Part shown: piece after piece, positions 1 to 12,251 of the stretch | Position numbering within the stretch: the stretch's first letter is position 1 | How the letters are laid out: each line of letters opens with the position of its first letter | NCBI GenBank assembly: GCA_038087875.1 | Contig: CM075987.1 | Span: 27,840,001-27,904,000, forward strand | Direction of reading: 5' to 3' | Length of the DNA stretch: 64,000 nt | Origin: Malacoraja senta | Lineage: Eukaryota | Notes under the pieces: model-generated | The model's database searches: none | What the model was told of the DNA's origin: nothing | What the model saw: the letters and a program-made list of their open reading frames with translations, nothing else | Translations under genes and position numbers: made by a program

Positions 1-1503
1 GTCAGTGTTGACTCGGTGGGCAGAAGGGTCTGTTTCCGCACTATATCTCCAAACTAAACTAAACTTTTAAGTAAGTCAGGTCGTACATAAGTTGGAGCCA
101 CCATCGTCATCCCATGAGTGAACTGACTCACTGAGAGTATTAACCATCTCAGAGGCGTCTGGCTGCATATAGGGCACTTTCTGCAGGGCCTGACCTTCTG
201 GGTAAGCACCACCGCCATTGCAGGCTTGTTTCCAGCCAGTAGACGTACAAAGGGTCTCCATAAACATTTACTGATCTCTTCCTTTTTACAGAACTGTCGA
301 AGGTTTCACATCCCTTTTTATGTTTCATGATCAGTTACTCTTGTAATCTACCTTCCCTTTTCCTTGTCAATATTTGCTCCCCCTTTGCTGAATTCTGAAA
401 TAATCTCAATCCTCAGCCCTTGTGCCATTTCCCTCCAGCTGAACACCAGCTTTAACCTGTTCATGACAACAGCTAGACAACTTCTCCCTCTGTGCTTGTG
501 TGCCTCAAAGTAATACTGAAGAAGGGCCTCTACCCGAAACGTCACCCATTCCTTCTCTCCAGGGATGCTGCCTGTCCCGCTGAGTTACTCCAGCTTTTTG
601 TGTCTATCTTCGGTTTAAACCAGCATCTGCAGTTCCTTTCTACACACTTAAAGTAATACATGTTTGTCGTAAACTTTAGTTTAGTTTAGAGTTACAGCGT
701 GGAAACAGGCCATTCGGCCCACCGAGTCCATGCAGACCAGCGATCCCCGCACACTAACATTATCTCCTAAGGACACTAGGAACAATTTATTCTTTAAATA
801 TTAGTCATTGCTTATTTACTATTGGATCTTTTATGAAGTTTCCCAATGTACCAGTGACTCCTGGCTTCATCCTATTATAGTTGTGAATAATCCAAATCCT
901 TAAATTGCCTCCTGAATATTACAAATGAAATAATATATAATCAGTCTGAAGAAAGGTCCCAACCCGAAATATTATCTATGCATGTTCTCCAGTGATGCTG
1001 CCTGACCCGTTGATTTACTCCAGCACATTGTGTCTGTCTTTGGCATGAACCAGCATCTGCAGTTCCTTCTTACAACGTAGGGTGGATCTGTATAGTGGTT
1101 TGCCCAGACTATTTCCAGATTAAAGTCTCCAATGATTTAAATTATGCCCTCTATGTAACTTTTATTAGTTCTTCCTGAGCACAATCAAAAGGGGAAGTTT
1201 TCTAACAACTACTGTATATAAATAATTAAAGTTGGAATTTGCTTCCAGTAGAACTGTGAAATGGATGTTGTAATTATTCTTAATCAGTTGGCAATACCTG
1301 GTTTAGGTTTGATGTATTATAGTCACATATACCCAGATACAGAGAAAAGGGTTAATTTGCAGGCTGTCAAAACAAATCAGATAAGTTTGTTAAATCAGTT
1401 TGATGATGGGTCTCGACCTGAAACGTCACCCATTCCATTTGTCCAGAGATGCTGCCGGTCCCGCTGAGTTACTCCAGCTTTTTGTGTCTATTTTCAGATA
1501 ATA

Positions 1504-1833
1504 CGGTGTACCCTGGTTATTACGGACTTCATTATAACGGATTTTGGTTATAGCGGATAAAATCTGTAGCAACCGAGGCATCTTGCGTATCGGGAACAAA
1601 TGACTGAGTTTGTTGTATCATGTTGTGACCGCAATGTGGTTGGAGCGAATCTTGTCTGTCTGTGTTTACTGTTCCCATTTATTGTGTGTCTTGTTTAGTG
1701 TATGTTTATTGGCTGTTTTTCCAATACTGGAAATATTTACCCCCCCCTCCTTACTTGGTTATAGCAGACAATCGGCAATAATGGACACCATTCCCCCCCC
1801 CCCCCCGTAGCCAGTTCTAATAAGGGTTATCTG
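1504..1833. mobile_element. Possible old Tigger/pogo-like MITE
   Basis: TA-flanked, with degenerate inverted ends (C.GTGTACCCT / AGGGTTATCTG) and repeated TTAT.ACGGA-like subterminal motifs. Confidence 0.35.
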
Positions 1834-2134
1834 TACTACGTTGCACCACGGCCATTCCCTCTACTTCACTCTCCCACCGGGCAAAAGGTACAGAAGTGTG
1901 AAAACGCACACCTCCAGATTCAGGGACAGTTTGTTCCCAGCTGTTGTCAGGCAACTGAATCATTCTACCACAACCCGAGAGCAGTGCTGAACTATTATCT
2001 ACCTCATTGGTGACCCTCGGACTCTCTTTGATCGGACTTTGCTGACTTTACCTTGCACTAAACTTCATTCCCTTATCATGTAACTATACACTGTGAATGG
2101 CTGGATTGTAATAATGTATTGTCTTTCTGCTGTT

Positions 2135-2495
2135 TAAGAAGGAACTGCAGATGCTGGAAAATCGAAGGTAGACAAAAATGCTGGAGGACCACCGTAAATT
2201 GGAGGAGCAGCACCTCATATTTCGCTTGGGTAGTTTACACCCCAGCGGTATGAACATTGACCTAACTTCAGATAACCCTTGCTTTCCTTCTCTATCCCCT
2301 CCCTTTTCCCAGTTCTGTCTCCGACTACATTCTATCTTTGTCCCGCGCACTCCCCTGACATCTGTCTGAAGAAGGTTCTCGACCCGAAACGTCGCCCATT
2401 CCTTCTCTCCAGAGATGTTGCCAGTCCCACTGAGTTACTCCAGCATTTTGTGTCTACCTTCGATTTAAACCAGCATCTGCAGTTCTTTCTTATAC
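2135..2495 (+). mobile_element. Penelope 3' fragment with pLTR and a short inverted pLTR piece
   Basis: Encodes RKLEEQHLIFRLGSLHPSGMNID (matches the end of the 50527-51990 element), followed by the hammerhead-like pLTR motif at 2366-2393. Confidence 0.8.
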
Positions 2496-2695
2496 ATTCA
2501 TAATTAAGCAGATACGCTCAATGCTCGTAGCCCCATTATCACCCATCCTCGCAGCTAGTTACAGTGCAGGCAAATATGGGAGCTGTTGTTCCTCCCACGT
2601 GGTGTCTCTGTGGGTTATCAGACCACACAGTGAGCCACTGAGACAAACATTGAGAAAATCTTGCAATGCCTTAGTGGCCGAATATGTTTGCAGAA

Positions 2696-2999
2696 GGGTG
2701 GCGCAGCGGTAGAGTTGCTGCCTCACAGCGCCAGAGGCCCGGGTTCGATCCTGACTACGGTTGCTGTCTGTACAGAGTTTGCACGTTCTCCCTGTGACTT
2801 GCGTGGGTTTTCCCCAGGTGCTCTGGTTTCTTCCCACACTCCCAAGACGTACAAGTTTGTAAGCTAATTGGCTTGGTAAAAATGTAAATTGTTCCTAGGA
2901 TAGGTAGGATGGTGTTAATGTGCGGGGGTCGCTGGTCGGCGCGGACTCGGTAGGCCGAAGGGCCTGTTTCCACGCTGTATCTCTAAAGCTAAACTAAAC
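2696..2999 (+). mobile_element. tRNA-derived SINE (HE1/V-SINE-like), full-length representative
   Basis: A box TGGCGCAGCGG, B box GGTTCGATCC, conserved core, CR1-like 3' end GGGCCGAAGGGCCTGTTTCC and (CTAAA)n tail. Confidence 0.85.
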
Positions 3000-3727
3000 C
3001 AGTGCCTCAACTGTGTGTGTGTGTCTTTGTTCGTTCGTGTGTCAGACGGCGTTCTGCCATCGCTTTGCCACGGCCAGCCAGTGCCACATCTGTGCCTCTG
3101 CGGAGATCGTGCCTCTCCGCCACAAGTCAGTAGGTGGGACTGTGTCCGGTAAACTGCTAACCCGTAATTGAGAGGAAATCTGTAAATTGCACAATTATAC
3201 TCTAAAACTGTGTAATTCAAATACAATTAGTTATGGATAAGGCACGAGGGTGTAACGATACCGTGTGCACTAAGGAGCTTTAGTTACAGACCAGTTGCCA
3301 CGGTTACATGATTTGATTGGAGCGAGTGAACCGTCAAGTTTGACTTTGGAATCTGCGGTTGCAGAATATTCAGATAACACAAGTCACATGCGGTAGATCA
3401 CATTGTGGAAGTGTAGTCGGGTTTAAACAAAGCCACCATTTGTATCATTATCATGTTGACATATTGATATCCATATTCCTGTGTGTTGGTGCAGAGTCTA
3501 GGTGGAGCAGGAGATTGCAGAACAGTTCCATCAGACAATGGGCCGAGAAAGAAACGTCACCTATCCATGTTCTCCACAGATGCTGCCTGACCCGCTGAGT
3601 TACTCTGCAACTTTATGTCCGTATTTGGAGTACAGAATTCTCTTTCCGGTCCCTCTCCCATCCATAGTTAACCCGAAGGACAGAGTTTTATTTGCATTTC
3701 CAGCACCCATTGTGTTCCTGGTTATTG

Positions 3728-3993
3728 TGTAGGAAGGAACTGCAATGCTGGTTTACACCGAAGATAGACACAAAATGCTGGAGTAACTCAGCGGGACCAG
3801 GCAGCATCTCTGAAGAGAAGGGATGAGTGACGTTTCAGGTCGAGAACCTTCTGCAGACTGAAGTTATCTCTGTGTCTTCTTCTCCCCTGACTCTCAGTCT
3901 GAAGAAGGGTCTCGACCCGAAACATCACCCAATTTTCTCCAGAGATGCTGCCTGTCTCGCTGAGTTACTCCAACACTTTGTGTCTATCTTCGG
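3728..3993. repeat. Palindromic pair of Penelope pLTR-derived repeats
   Basis: Left arm (GACACAAAATGCTGGAGTAACTCAGC...) is the reverse complement of the right arm; the same arrangement recurs at about 8 sites. Confidence 0.8.
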
Positions 3994-4363
3994 AGTTCCT
4001 GATCATTATCAGGCTTTCTGCAAAAAAATTAGCTTTTTCTTTTCTGGACTTGATTTGTTATTTCTAACTGGCTTTAAAACTACTTAGAAAAGTGGCACCT
4101 GGGTTCGATCCTGACTACGGGTGCTGTCTGTACGGAACTTGTACATTCTCCCTGTGACCGCGTGGGTTTTCTCCGAGTGCTCCAGTTCCTCCCACACGCC
4201 AAAGACGTTCAGGTTTGTAGGTTAATTGGCTTCGGTAAAATTGTAAATTGGTCCTCATGTGTAGGATAGTACCAGTTTACGGGGTTGGCGTGGACTCGGT
4301 GGCCAAAGGGCCTGTTTCTGCACTGTATCTAAAGGCAAAGAGAGACCAGGATTTATGTAGTTA

Positions 4364-4790
4364 CTAGACTAAGTGGGACCCGTTGGGTCCCAGTCACACG
4401 GGAGGCCTGGTCCCCCCCCAACGCAACCCGTTCCCCCAAAGCAATGTTCCACCACTCTGGGGAGGGGTGTGTGGGGGGAAGGGGGTGTGTGGGGAAGAGG
4501 GTGTGTGGGGGAAGGGTTTGGGGGTGTGTGGGGGAGGGGGGATGTGGGGGAGGGTGTGTGTGTCGGGATTGGGGTGTGGGGGAGGGGAGGTTGGGGGAGG
4601 GGGAACCTTCAAAACCTTCATAACTTTTGTACTATTTCACGGATTGAAACAAAACTTATTTGACTTGCAGCAGAGGAGAATGGTGAGTAAGGTGGCGAAA
4701 AATCGTAGCGCTATAGGGGGATAGTTTTTGCGCAAATTTGATTACAACAGACAGGAAGTGGTCAAGATGAGAGTTTTAGTAATATATAGA
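4364..4790 (-). mobile_element. Short non-autonomous Helitron, same family as 50033-52377
   Basis: Same 3' hairpin plus CTAG, and the same 5' TCTATATATTACTAAAACTCTCATCTTGACC terminus; G-rich interior. Confidence 0.75.
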
Positions 4791-5751
4791 TAGATAGATG
4801 GGTTATATGTCTCTCAACCAATGGCTGACTTAGAAATGTAGTTATTGTTCTGTTTACAAGAACACTGGAACAACGTATGACGGTCCCATGGTGTTAGCAG
4901 CTGACCAAGGATGTGTTGCCCATTTGTATTTCTTCATTGACTCCAGTGGAAATAAAAATGAACGGAGATATAAAACATTGTATCCAATCTTCCATCTTAA
5001 TCTGTTGGACAAAATCAAAATCTGCCTCCTTGAACCGTAAACATATTTATATACAACATATCTACTTGATATCGAATATAAATAAACATCAAGGAGGAAT
5101 TAGGTTGTATATAAAACACTTAATCATCCTTTCTCCCTTTGTATTGCTTACATTTAACTTAGTTCTTGGAGTTTAGTTCACCAAGGCTCAATACCATTCT
5201 GATTTTCCTTCAGTGCCTACTAGCATCCATACATGGACATACAAGGCACTAGATCCTTGAAACGACATTGAGTGCTGGAGTAACTCAGCGGGTTAGGCAG
5301 CATCTGTGGAGAACATGGATAGGTGACGTTTCGGGTTGAGACTGGAAAGCTGGAAAAGGGAAGAGGCAGGACAGAGTGTGACTGGGCGAGGTGGGGGGAA
5401 ACATTTAATAGGAATCTGAGGGGTAACTTTTTCACACAGAGGGTGGTGGGTGCATGGAATGAGCTGCCAGAGGAGGTAGTTGAGGCTGGGACTATCACAA
5501 CGTTTAAGAAACATTTAGACAGGTACATAGATAGGACATCTGTGGAGGATATGGGCCAAACGCTGGCAGGTGGGACTAGTGTAGATGTGGCATGTTGGCC
5601 AGTGTGGGCAAGTTGGGCCAAAGGGCCTGTTTCTACACTGTATGAGTCTATAACTATAGATGAATAATGTTTATTTTCTTTTTTTGCATCAACCTTCCCA
5701 CCCCCCTCCCCCACTGTCCCCCCCGCCCCCCCCCCCCCTTATTCCCCACAG

Positions 5752-5850
5752 AATAAACTGGTTGACGTCTGTGAGAAGCTGCAGCTGAGGATAGCTTCAG
5801 TGACCAGGTTCATGGCAGATACTCTGAACAGTAAAGACCACAATGTTAAG
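5752..5850 (+). CDS. BSPRY: BSPRY internal coding exon (coiled-coil start, NKLVDVCEKLQL...)
   Basis: Pyrimidine tract and AG at 5750-5751, 99-bp open exon, donor AAG|gtaagt; peptide resembles the vertebrate BSPRY segment NKIVDQCERLQLQ as recalled. Confidence 0.88.
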
Positions 5851-6036
5851 GTAAGTGCATTTGGTCAACAAAACCGTAGCTCTTGAAGTGGGCAAAATTC
5901 TTCCTTGTGCCGAGAGTGTTATTTGCAGGAGCCAAAACACAATTATTCTGCACCTTTTACTGGGATTTTCATGGATCATCTGTGATGGGTTATATTGGTA
6001 GAACAGCAGGAGGAATGGGACCTGGTGGATAATTGG

Positions 6037-6328
6037 AGGTGCAGTGGTAGAGCTGCTGCCACACAGCGCCAGAGACCTGGGTTCGATCCTGACTACGGGT
6101 GTTAGATATACGGAGTTTGTACGTTCTCCCCGTGACAGCGTGTGTTTTATCTGGTTTCCTCCAACACTCCGAAGACGTACAGGTTTTTCGGCTAATTGGC
6201 TTGGTGTAAATGTAAATTGTCCCTAGTGTGTGTAGGATGGTTTTAATGTGCTGGGATCGTTGGTCAGCGTTGACTCGGTGGGCCGAAGGGACTGTTTCAG
6301 TGCTGTATCTCTAAACTCAACTAAACTG
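6037..6328 (+). mobile_element. tRNA-derived SINE copy
   Basis: Same head, core and tail as 2696-2999. Confidence 0.8.
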
Positions 6329-8291
6329 AAAAACTTTTTGAAAGACCCTGCCCAGGCAGAATGGTGAGGTTGTCTTCCCCTGCTGTGGGTCCAACGTTAA
6401 CCTAGCTCAGCGGGCAGGAGAACCGTGAGATCACATGCAATGCCAGGATAATTATTTAGCAAGTAGAAGCTAAACCCAGTAGGCACCTGATCCTCTGAGT
6501 TCCCTTACAGGACAATGAGTTTAAAGTTGCCCCCAATGCTTCTCATTGTTCTTAAGATAGACACAAAAAGCTGGAGTAAATCAGCGGGTCAGACAGCATC
6601 TCTGGAGAAAAGGAATGGGTGACGTTTTGGGACGAGACGCTTCTTCAGACTGAGAGTCAGGGAGAGGGAAACGAGAGATATAGACGATGATGTAGAGAGA
6701 TATAGAACAAATGAATGAAAGATATGCAAAAAAGTATCGATGATAAATGAAACAGGCCATTGTTAGCTGTGGGCTAGGTGAAAACGAGTTACAGACAATG
6801 AGACTCATCAAGACAACTATGAAGCTAGAACAATGACTTGGGTGGGGGAGGGGTGGAGGAGAGGGGGTGCAGGGGTTACTTGAGGTTGCCTGCTGGGAGG
6901 GGTGGAGAGAGAGGGGGTGCAGGCAGGGGTTACTTGAGGTTGCCTGCTTCTTTGTTCTTGTGGATTGCAATGACTGCGGTTAGTTTCTTCAGTGGCGATG
7001 CTTCCTAAAACAAATACATTTTGCAAACCTCATCCTTTCTGTTCATGTCACTTTGGCTTCGCCATTTCTCATTTCCACTTCCTGTGTAACACTGCCATCT
7101 TCATGAGGTTATTTAGCTCAGTCTATGATTGTCACAATGTAAAGCTTTTTTCTTCCGTGCTATCCAGTCGATGAAATGTCTGTATAATCAAGCCGAATAC
7201 AGTGTACAGATACAGGTTAACGGGTATATCATGTAATGCAAGATAAAGACCGATTAAAGATAGTTCTAAAGTCTCCAATGAGGCAGAGGTCAGGACCGCT
7301 CTCTAACTGATGAGAGGATGGTTCAGTTGCCTGATAGCAGCATTCCATCATTGGTAGATAGACACACAAAGCTGGAGTAACTCAGCAGGACAGGCAGCAT
7401 CTCTGGATAGCAGGAATGGGTGAAATGTCAGGTCGAGACCTTTTGGTAGCCATGCTTTCACCTGCCTCAGCCTTAAACTCTGAAATTCCTTCTCTAAACC
7501 TCTCTCCCTTTCTCTCCTCCCTTACAAGGCTCCTGAAAACAAGTAACTTTGTCCAGACTTTAATTCACCTGCCCTATGCCATCTTACAAAGCTGGTTGCT
7601 TCAGTCTTAGACAATAGACAATAGACAATAGGTGCAGGAGTAGGCCATTCGGCCCTTCGAGCCAGCACAGCCATTTAATGTGATCATGGCTGATCATCCA
7701 CAATCAGTACCCCTTTCCTGCCTTCTCCCCATATCCCCTGACTCCCCTATCTTTAAGAGCCCTATCCAGCTCTCTCTTGAAAGCTCTTGTGTGTAAGTGC
7801 TGCAGTGGGACATTAGCGAAATGCTTTGATGAAGAAATGGAAGTTGCTGCAATAGGTTCATGTGATAGGAGCAGAATTAGGCCATTCGGCCCAACAAGTC
7901 TACTCCCAATTCAATCATGGCTGATCTATCTCTCCCCCTCAACCGCATTCTCCTGCCTTCTCCCCGTAACCCCTGACACCCATACTAATCAAGAATCTAT
8001 CTATCTCTGCCTTAAAAATATCCATTGACGCCTCCACAGCCTTCTATGAAAATGAATTCCACAGATTCACCACCTCTTACTAAAGAAATCCCTCCTCATC
8101 TCCTTCATAAAGGGACGTCCTTTTATTCTGAGGCTATGCCCTCTGGTCCTGGACTCTCCCACTAGTGGAAACATCCTCTCCACACCCAATCTATCCAGGC
8201 CTTTCGCTATTCAAGAGGCCTCTTTCTACTCTGGATAGGAAAGACGGCAGCTCGTCCTCGCTAACAGTCTCACTCCCCTTCCCGCTGGCAG

Positions 8292-8522
8292 GCAAAGGCG
8301 AGCGAGTCCAGGGAGCTGATCATCCATCGTGTGAACTTCATCCGCGAGGTGTGTGAGAACGAGGAGCAGCGACTGCTGGATGTTATCCATGATGAGGAGG
8401 AGCGAGTCCAGCAGAGCGTCCTAACACAAAAAACCTACTGGGCGGAGGCCCACCAAAAGCTGACGGACATTAAACACTACCTGGTGGATATGCTGACCAA
8501 AATGGACGATGTTGCACTTATG
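8292..8522 (+). CDS. BSPRY: BSPRY coding exon (coiled coil, AKASESRELIIHRV...DDVALM)
   Basis: AG at 8290-8291, 231 bp, phase 0/0, donor ATG|gtgggt; contains CENEEQRLL..HDEEERVQQSVLTQ..WAEA.QKL typical of BSPRY. Confidence 0.92.
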
Positions 8523-8608
8523 GTGGGTCAAGGATTTCCATGGCTGCTCTGCCAATTTAGGATTTGTCCCCCTTTCAAATGAACTGAACTCACTTTCTTT
8601 TCCTGCAG

Positions 8609-8634
8609 GAACAACAGAAGGAAATACTTGAAAA
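8609..8634 (+). CDS. BSPRY: BSPRY 26-bp micro-exon (EQQKEILE/K)
   Basis: Acceptor ctttcttttcctgcag, donor AA|gtacgt; follows an 86-bp intron; phase 2 end matches the next exon. Confidence 0.85.
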
Positions 8635-8819
8635 GTACGTCCAGCGATAACAACCAACTCAACTCACCCGCGAGCAATTCCCATGCAATTTCTGAATGTC
8701 TTTTGAGACTGGCAAGCTTTAGTTGTGCTTGTGCTGAATTTGTGGTAGCACCGTGCCATGTCCAAGCTCTCAAGTAGTGCCGTTCAGTCAAGATTGTTGA
8801 GTAGAGCCTAGAGACATTA

Positions 8820-9105
8820 GCGATACAGCAAGGAAACAGGCCCTTCAGCCCACCAAGTCCGTGCCGACCAGCATTCACCCATTCCACTATTCCACACACA
8901 CACATTAGGGATAATTTTACAATTTTACCGAAGCCAATTAACCTACAAACCTGCATGTCTTTGGAGTGTGGGGGGAAACCGGAGCACCCGGAGAAAACTC
9001 ACGTGGTCACTGGGAGAATGTACAAACACCGTACAGACAGCACCCGTAGTCAGGATGGAACCCGTGTCTCTGGCGCTGTGAGGCAGCAACTCTACCGCTG
9101 TGCCA
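8820..9105 (-). mobile_element. tRNA-derived SINE copy in a BSPRY intron
   Basis: Reverse complement of the same SINE consensus. Confidence 0.8.
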
Positions 9106-10592
9106 CCCACACTAACAACACAATCTGAATGTTTCTGGGCTCTTGATAGTGTCGAACCTTTCTGATCTCTTGAGTTATTCCGTGCTTGGTCTTCACTTGC
9201 GTTTAGCGCTGCGCCCTGTCTGAGCACGAAAACTGGCCAACACTTTCATCCCCTGATAATGCAACCAATCTCCCACATCGGTCCTGTCCAATAAGTGGCA
9301 CAGATACATTGTGAAAGAAACCAAAACAGAAACAGTGGAAGAACTCAGCTTGTCCAGCGGTGTCTGTGGAGAGACTGCAGCCTTCACAAGGTGGATGACA
9401 ACAACTTCTCAAGGTCATAATATTCTTACTGTTCAACATCACCCACAGCCCATGAATGAAGTTTAAGTAACTCACCATTGTAACCACTCTTGAATCTGAG
9501 AGACGACATTCCATTTGCTCTTGCCTTGAATCACATTTTCTATCCACGTGATGAAACTTTTGCTGCCCAATCTTTTGTGTGGGATTTATCAAATACCTTC
9601 CAGAAGTCCATGTAGACAACACACACTGTAATCCCTTCATCGAGATGAAGTTTGAGTTGATAAAGGAGAGCTTTTATCTAATTATGTTTGGATGAACGAA
9701 TGTTGATCAAGTCACAAAGAAGTTGATGAAGGGATTGCAGTGGGTTTTCGCTACATGGGGCTTCTGGAAGGCTGTGTGTACGGAGTTTGTACGTTCTCCC
9801 CGTGACCTGTGTGGGTTTTCTCCACGATCTCCGATTTCCTCCCACATTCCAAAGTTTGTAGGTTAATTGGCTTCGGTAAAATTGTAAATTGTCCCTAACG
9901 TGTGTAGTATAGTGATAATGTACGGGGATCGTTGGTTGGCATGGACTTGGTGGGCCGAGGGGCCTGTTTCCACCTGTATCTCTAAAATAATCAAATAAAC
10001 CTCATATTGGAGAATGGTTAGAGTGGTGTTCTCTAGGGGACAGTGTGGGACTCCTTGGGTTTTGTTAATATACACTAATCATTTGCTATCTGTGGAAAAA
10101 TGCCCAAGTTTGTAGATATTCCAGAGATTGGAAGAGTAGCATGCACTCAGGATAGGAATAAGCTGCAAGACCTTGAATACTCGCTGAAAAGTCATCTGTC
10201 CATTTCCCTCCACAGATGCTGACTGACCTGCTGAGTTCCTCCAGCACTTTGTATTTTGCTCAGTTAAAGGGTAATCTGGTTCACATCACATTTCTCAGAC
10301 CATACTGTATTTTCACATTGGCTGTCATGTAGCCTCCATTACATCACCACCTGCACTCCAAACCTTCCCACTGGATGTGGAGCTCTTTTGAATGCCCATA
10401 AGGTTATGTAAGGTGCTTGGTAATGCTGAAGTCTGCAGAAGGGTCTCAAGCCAAAACGTCACCTATTCCTTTTCTCTATAGAGATGCTGTCTGACCCGCT
10501 GAGTTACTCCAGCATTTTGTGTCTGTCTACTAGATTATGCAAGTGTCTCTTTCTGTTTCTCTTGTTCTGAATGGGCTTCTTCTTTGTTCCAG

Positions 10593-10717
10593 AGCAGAGG
10601 AAGCAGAGGGGATCCTGGAACCTAAGGACTCGAACAAGCTGAACTTCAACGTTGCCTGTGGTCGCAGTAATCTCCTCAGTAGCCTGTGGGCATCTGCTAC
10701 CATGCTCTGCATGGCAG
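10593..10717 (+). CDS. BSPRY: BSPRY coding exon (AEEAEGILEP...LWASATMLCMA)
   Basis: AG at 10591-10592, 125 bp, phase 2 to 1, donor G|gtcagt; EEAEGIL.P...LNFN..C..S.LL..LWA motif. Confidence 0.92.
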
Positions 10718-10809
10718 GTCAGTAATGGTCCATCCTCAGTAATAAACTGGTAACGTGGAATAGAAGTCGGTCTCAATGTTAGCCTAGCGGCTCATGGACT
10801 AGTTCAAGA

Positions 10810-11272
10810 GTTCATAAGTGATAGGAGCAGAATTAGGCCATTTGGTCCATCATCTACTCCGCCATTCAATCATGGATGATCTATCTTTCCCTTTTAACCC
10901 CATTCTCCTGCCTTCTCCCCATAACCTCTGACACTTACTAATTGAGAATCTATCTCTGCCTTAAAAATATCCCATGACGGCCTCCACAGCCTTCTGTGGC
11001 AGTGAATTCCACAGATTCACCGCCCTCTGACTAAATAAATTCCTCATCTCCTTCCTAAAGGAACATCCTTTTATTCTGAGGCTATGGCCTCTGGGCCTAG
11101 ATTCTCCCACTAGTGGAAACATCCTCTCCACATCCACTCTTTCCAGGCCTTTCACTATTCGGTAAGTTTCAATGAGGTCCTCCCTCATCCTTCTAAACTC
11201 CAGCGCCTACAGGTCCAGTGCTGTGAAACGCTCATCATATGTTAACCCACTTATTTCTGGGATCATTCTCAT
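10810..11272 (-). mobile_element. CR1 3' fragment in a BSPRY intron
   Basis: DLIETY.IVKG...VNLWNSLP peptide. Similar fragments lie near 5395-5650, 7610-8210, 37685-38070 and 53232-53410. Confidence 0.85.
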
Positions 11273-11727
11273 TCAGAGGAGAGGTCATTGTTATGATGTG
11301 ATCTCCAGGCATCTATTAGCCCAAACAAAATAGGGACATCAGAGTTCCTTTCCTGAAGAACAGTAGTGGAGTTTTATGTTAATTTGATAGTATCAATGAT
11401 ATTGGATAAGTAGTGACTGAGAATTACAAAGGAAGAGAGGAACCTTTGTGTCATAGTATCATGGATGGTCAGCCGGTCAGTGTGTGTTTTACCCTCTGGG
11501 CTACCTACCTGTCTCCCCTCCTTTCCATGTGAATAGGGCAGGTAGACGAGGTGGTCAACAGGACAAATGTGATACTTTGCTTTACCAGCTGATGCATGGA
11601 ATATAGGAGTGGAGAAGTCACACAAACGATGCATAAACACATACTCAAGGCTTTGGGGAATACAGTGTGTACAATTGTTAACAAATAAGTAAATGTAATT
11701 GAAGTAAAACAGAATCCCCTGTTTCAG

Positions 11728-12251
11728 GTGCCGAAGACATTCACGTTGATGAGAAAACTTTGCACCCATCCTTGGTATTATCCCAAAATAAAAAGCGATT
11801 GACCTTTGCAAGCAAGAGGATCCATTTGTACCCAGACGGCCCTGAACGCTTTGACCACTGGCCCAACGCTCTGGGACTGGAATCTTTCCAAAGTGGACTC
11901 CACACCTGGAGGGTGGATGTGGAGAGAAGCTGTGCCTACAAAGTGGGGCTGGCGTCCGACTGCCTTGCACGTAAAGGTGCTGGCAATGAATGCCGGCTGG
12001 GATATAACCCGTCTTCCTGGGTCTTCTCCCGGTTCGATGAAGAATACACAGTTGCCCACGATGGGCAGGTGAAGATTCTGGATCTGTTGAGGCGTCCAAC
12101 AGCAATTGGTGTGCTTGTAGACTACGATGGAGGTGAAATCCTCTTCTATGACCCTGACACCTGTGCCATACTGCAGAGTTACAGAACAAAGTTCACCCAT
12201 CCCATACACGCAGCCTTGGGTGTAGTAGATGAAAGTATCTCAATCATCTAG
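11728..12251 (+). CDS. BSPRY: BSPRY last coding exon, PRY/SPRY (B30.2) domain
   Basis: Acceptor gtttcag ends 11727; frame continues into ORF 11760..12251 with DGPERFDHWPNAL, GLHTWRVDV, CAYKVG, CRLGYN and SWVFSR; TAG at 12249-12251. Confidence 0.95.

Noticed and set aside
2696..2770. tRNA genes
   Set aside because: These are tRNA-like SINE heads followed by SINE body and tail, not stand-alone cloverleaves.
3040..3170. Cys/His-containing frame as the missing BSPRY B-box exon
   Set aside because: The Cys/His spacing does not fit a B-box in any frame; exon 1 probably lies upstream of the window.
4373..4724. Gly/Pro-rich ORFs
   Set aside because: Translations of the G-rich low-complexity interior of a Helitron.
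11374..12209. 271-aa and 143-aa minus-strand ORFs
   Set aside because: Antisense shadows of the BSPRY SPRY exon with no recognisable motifs.
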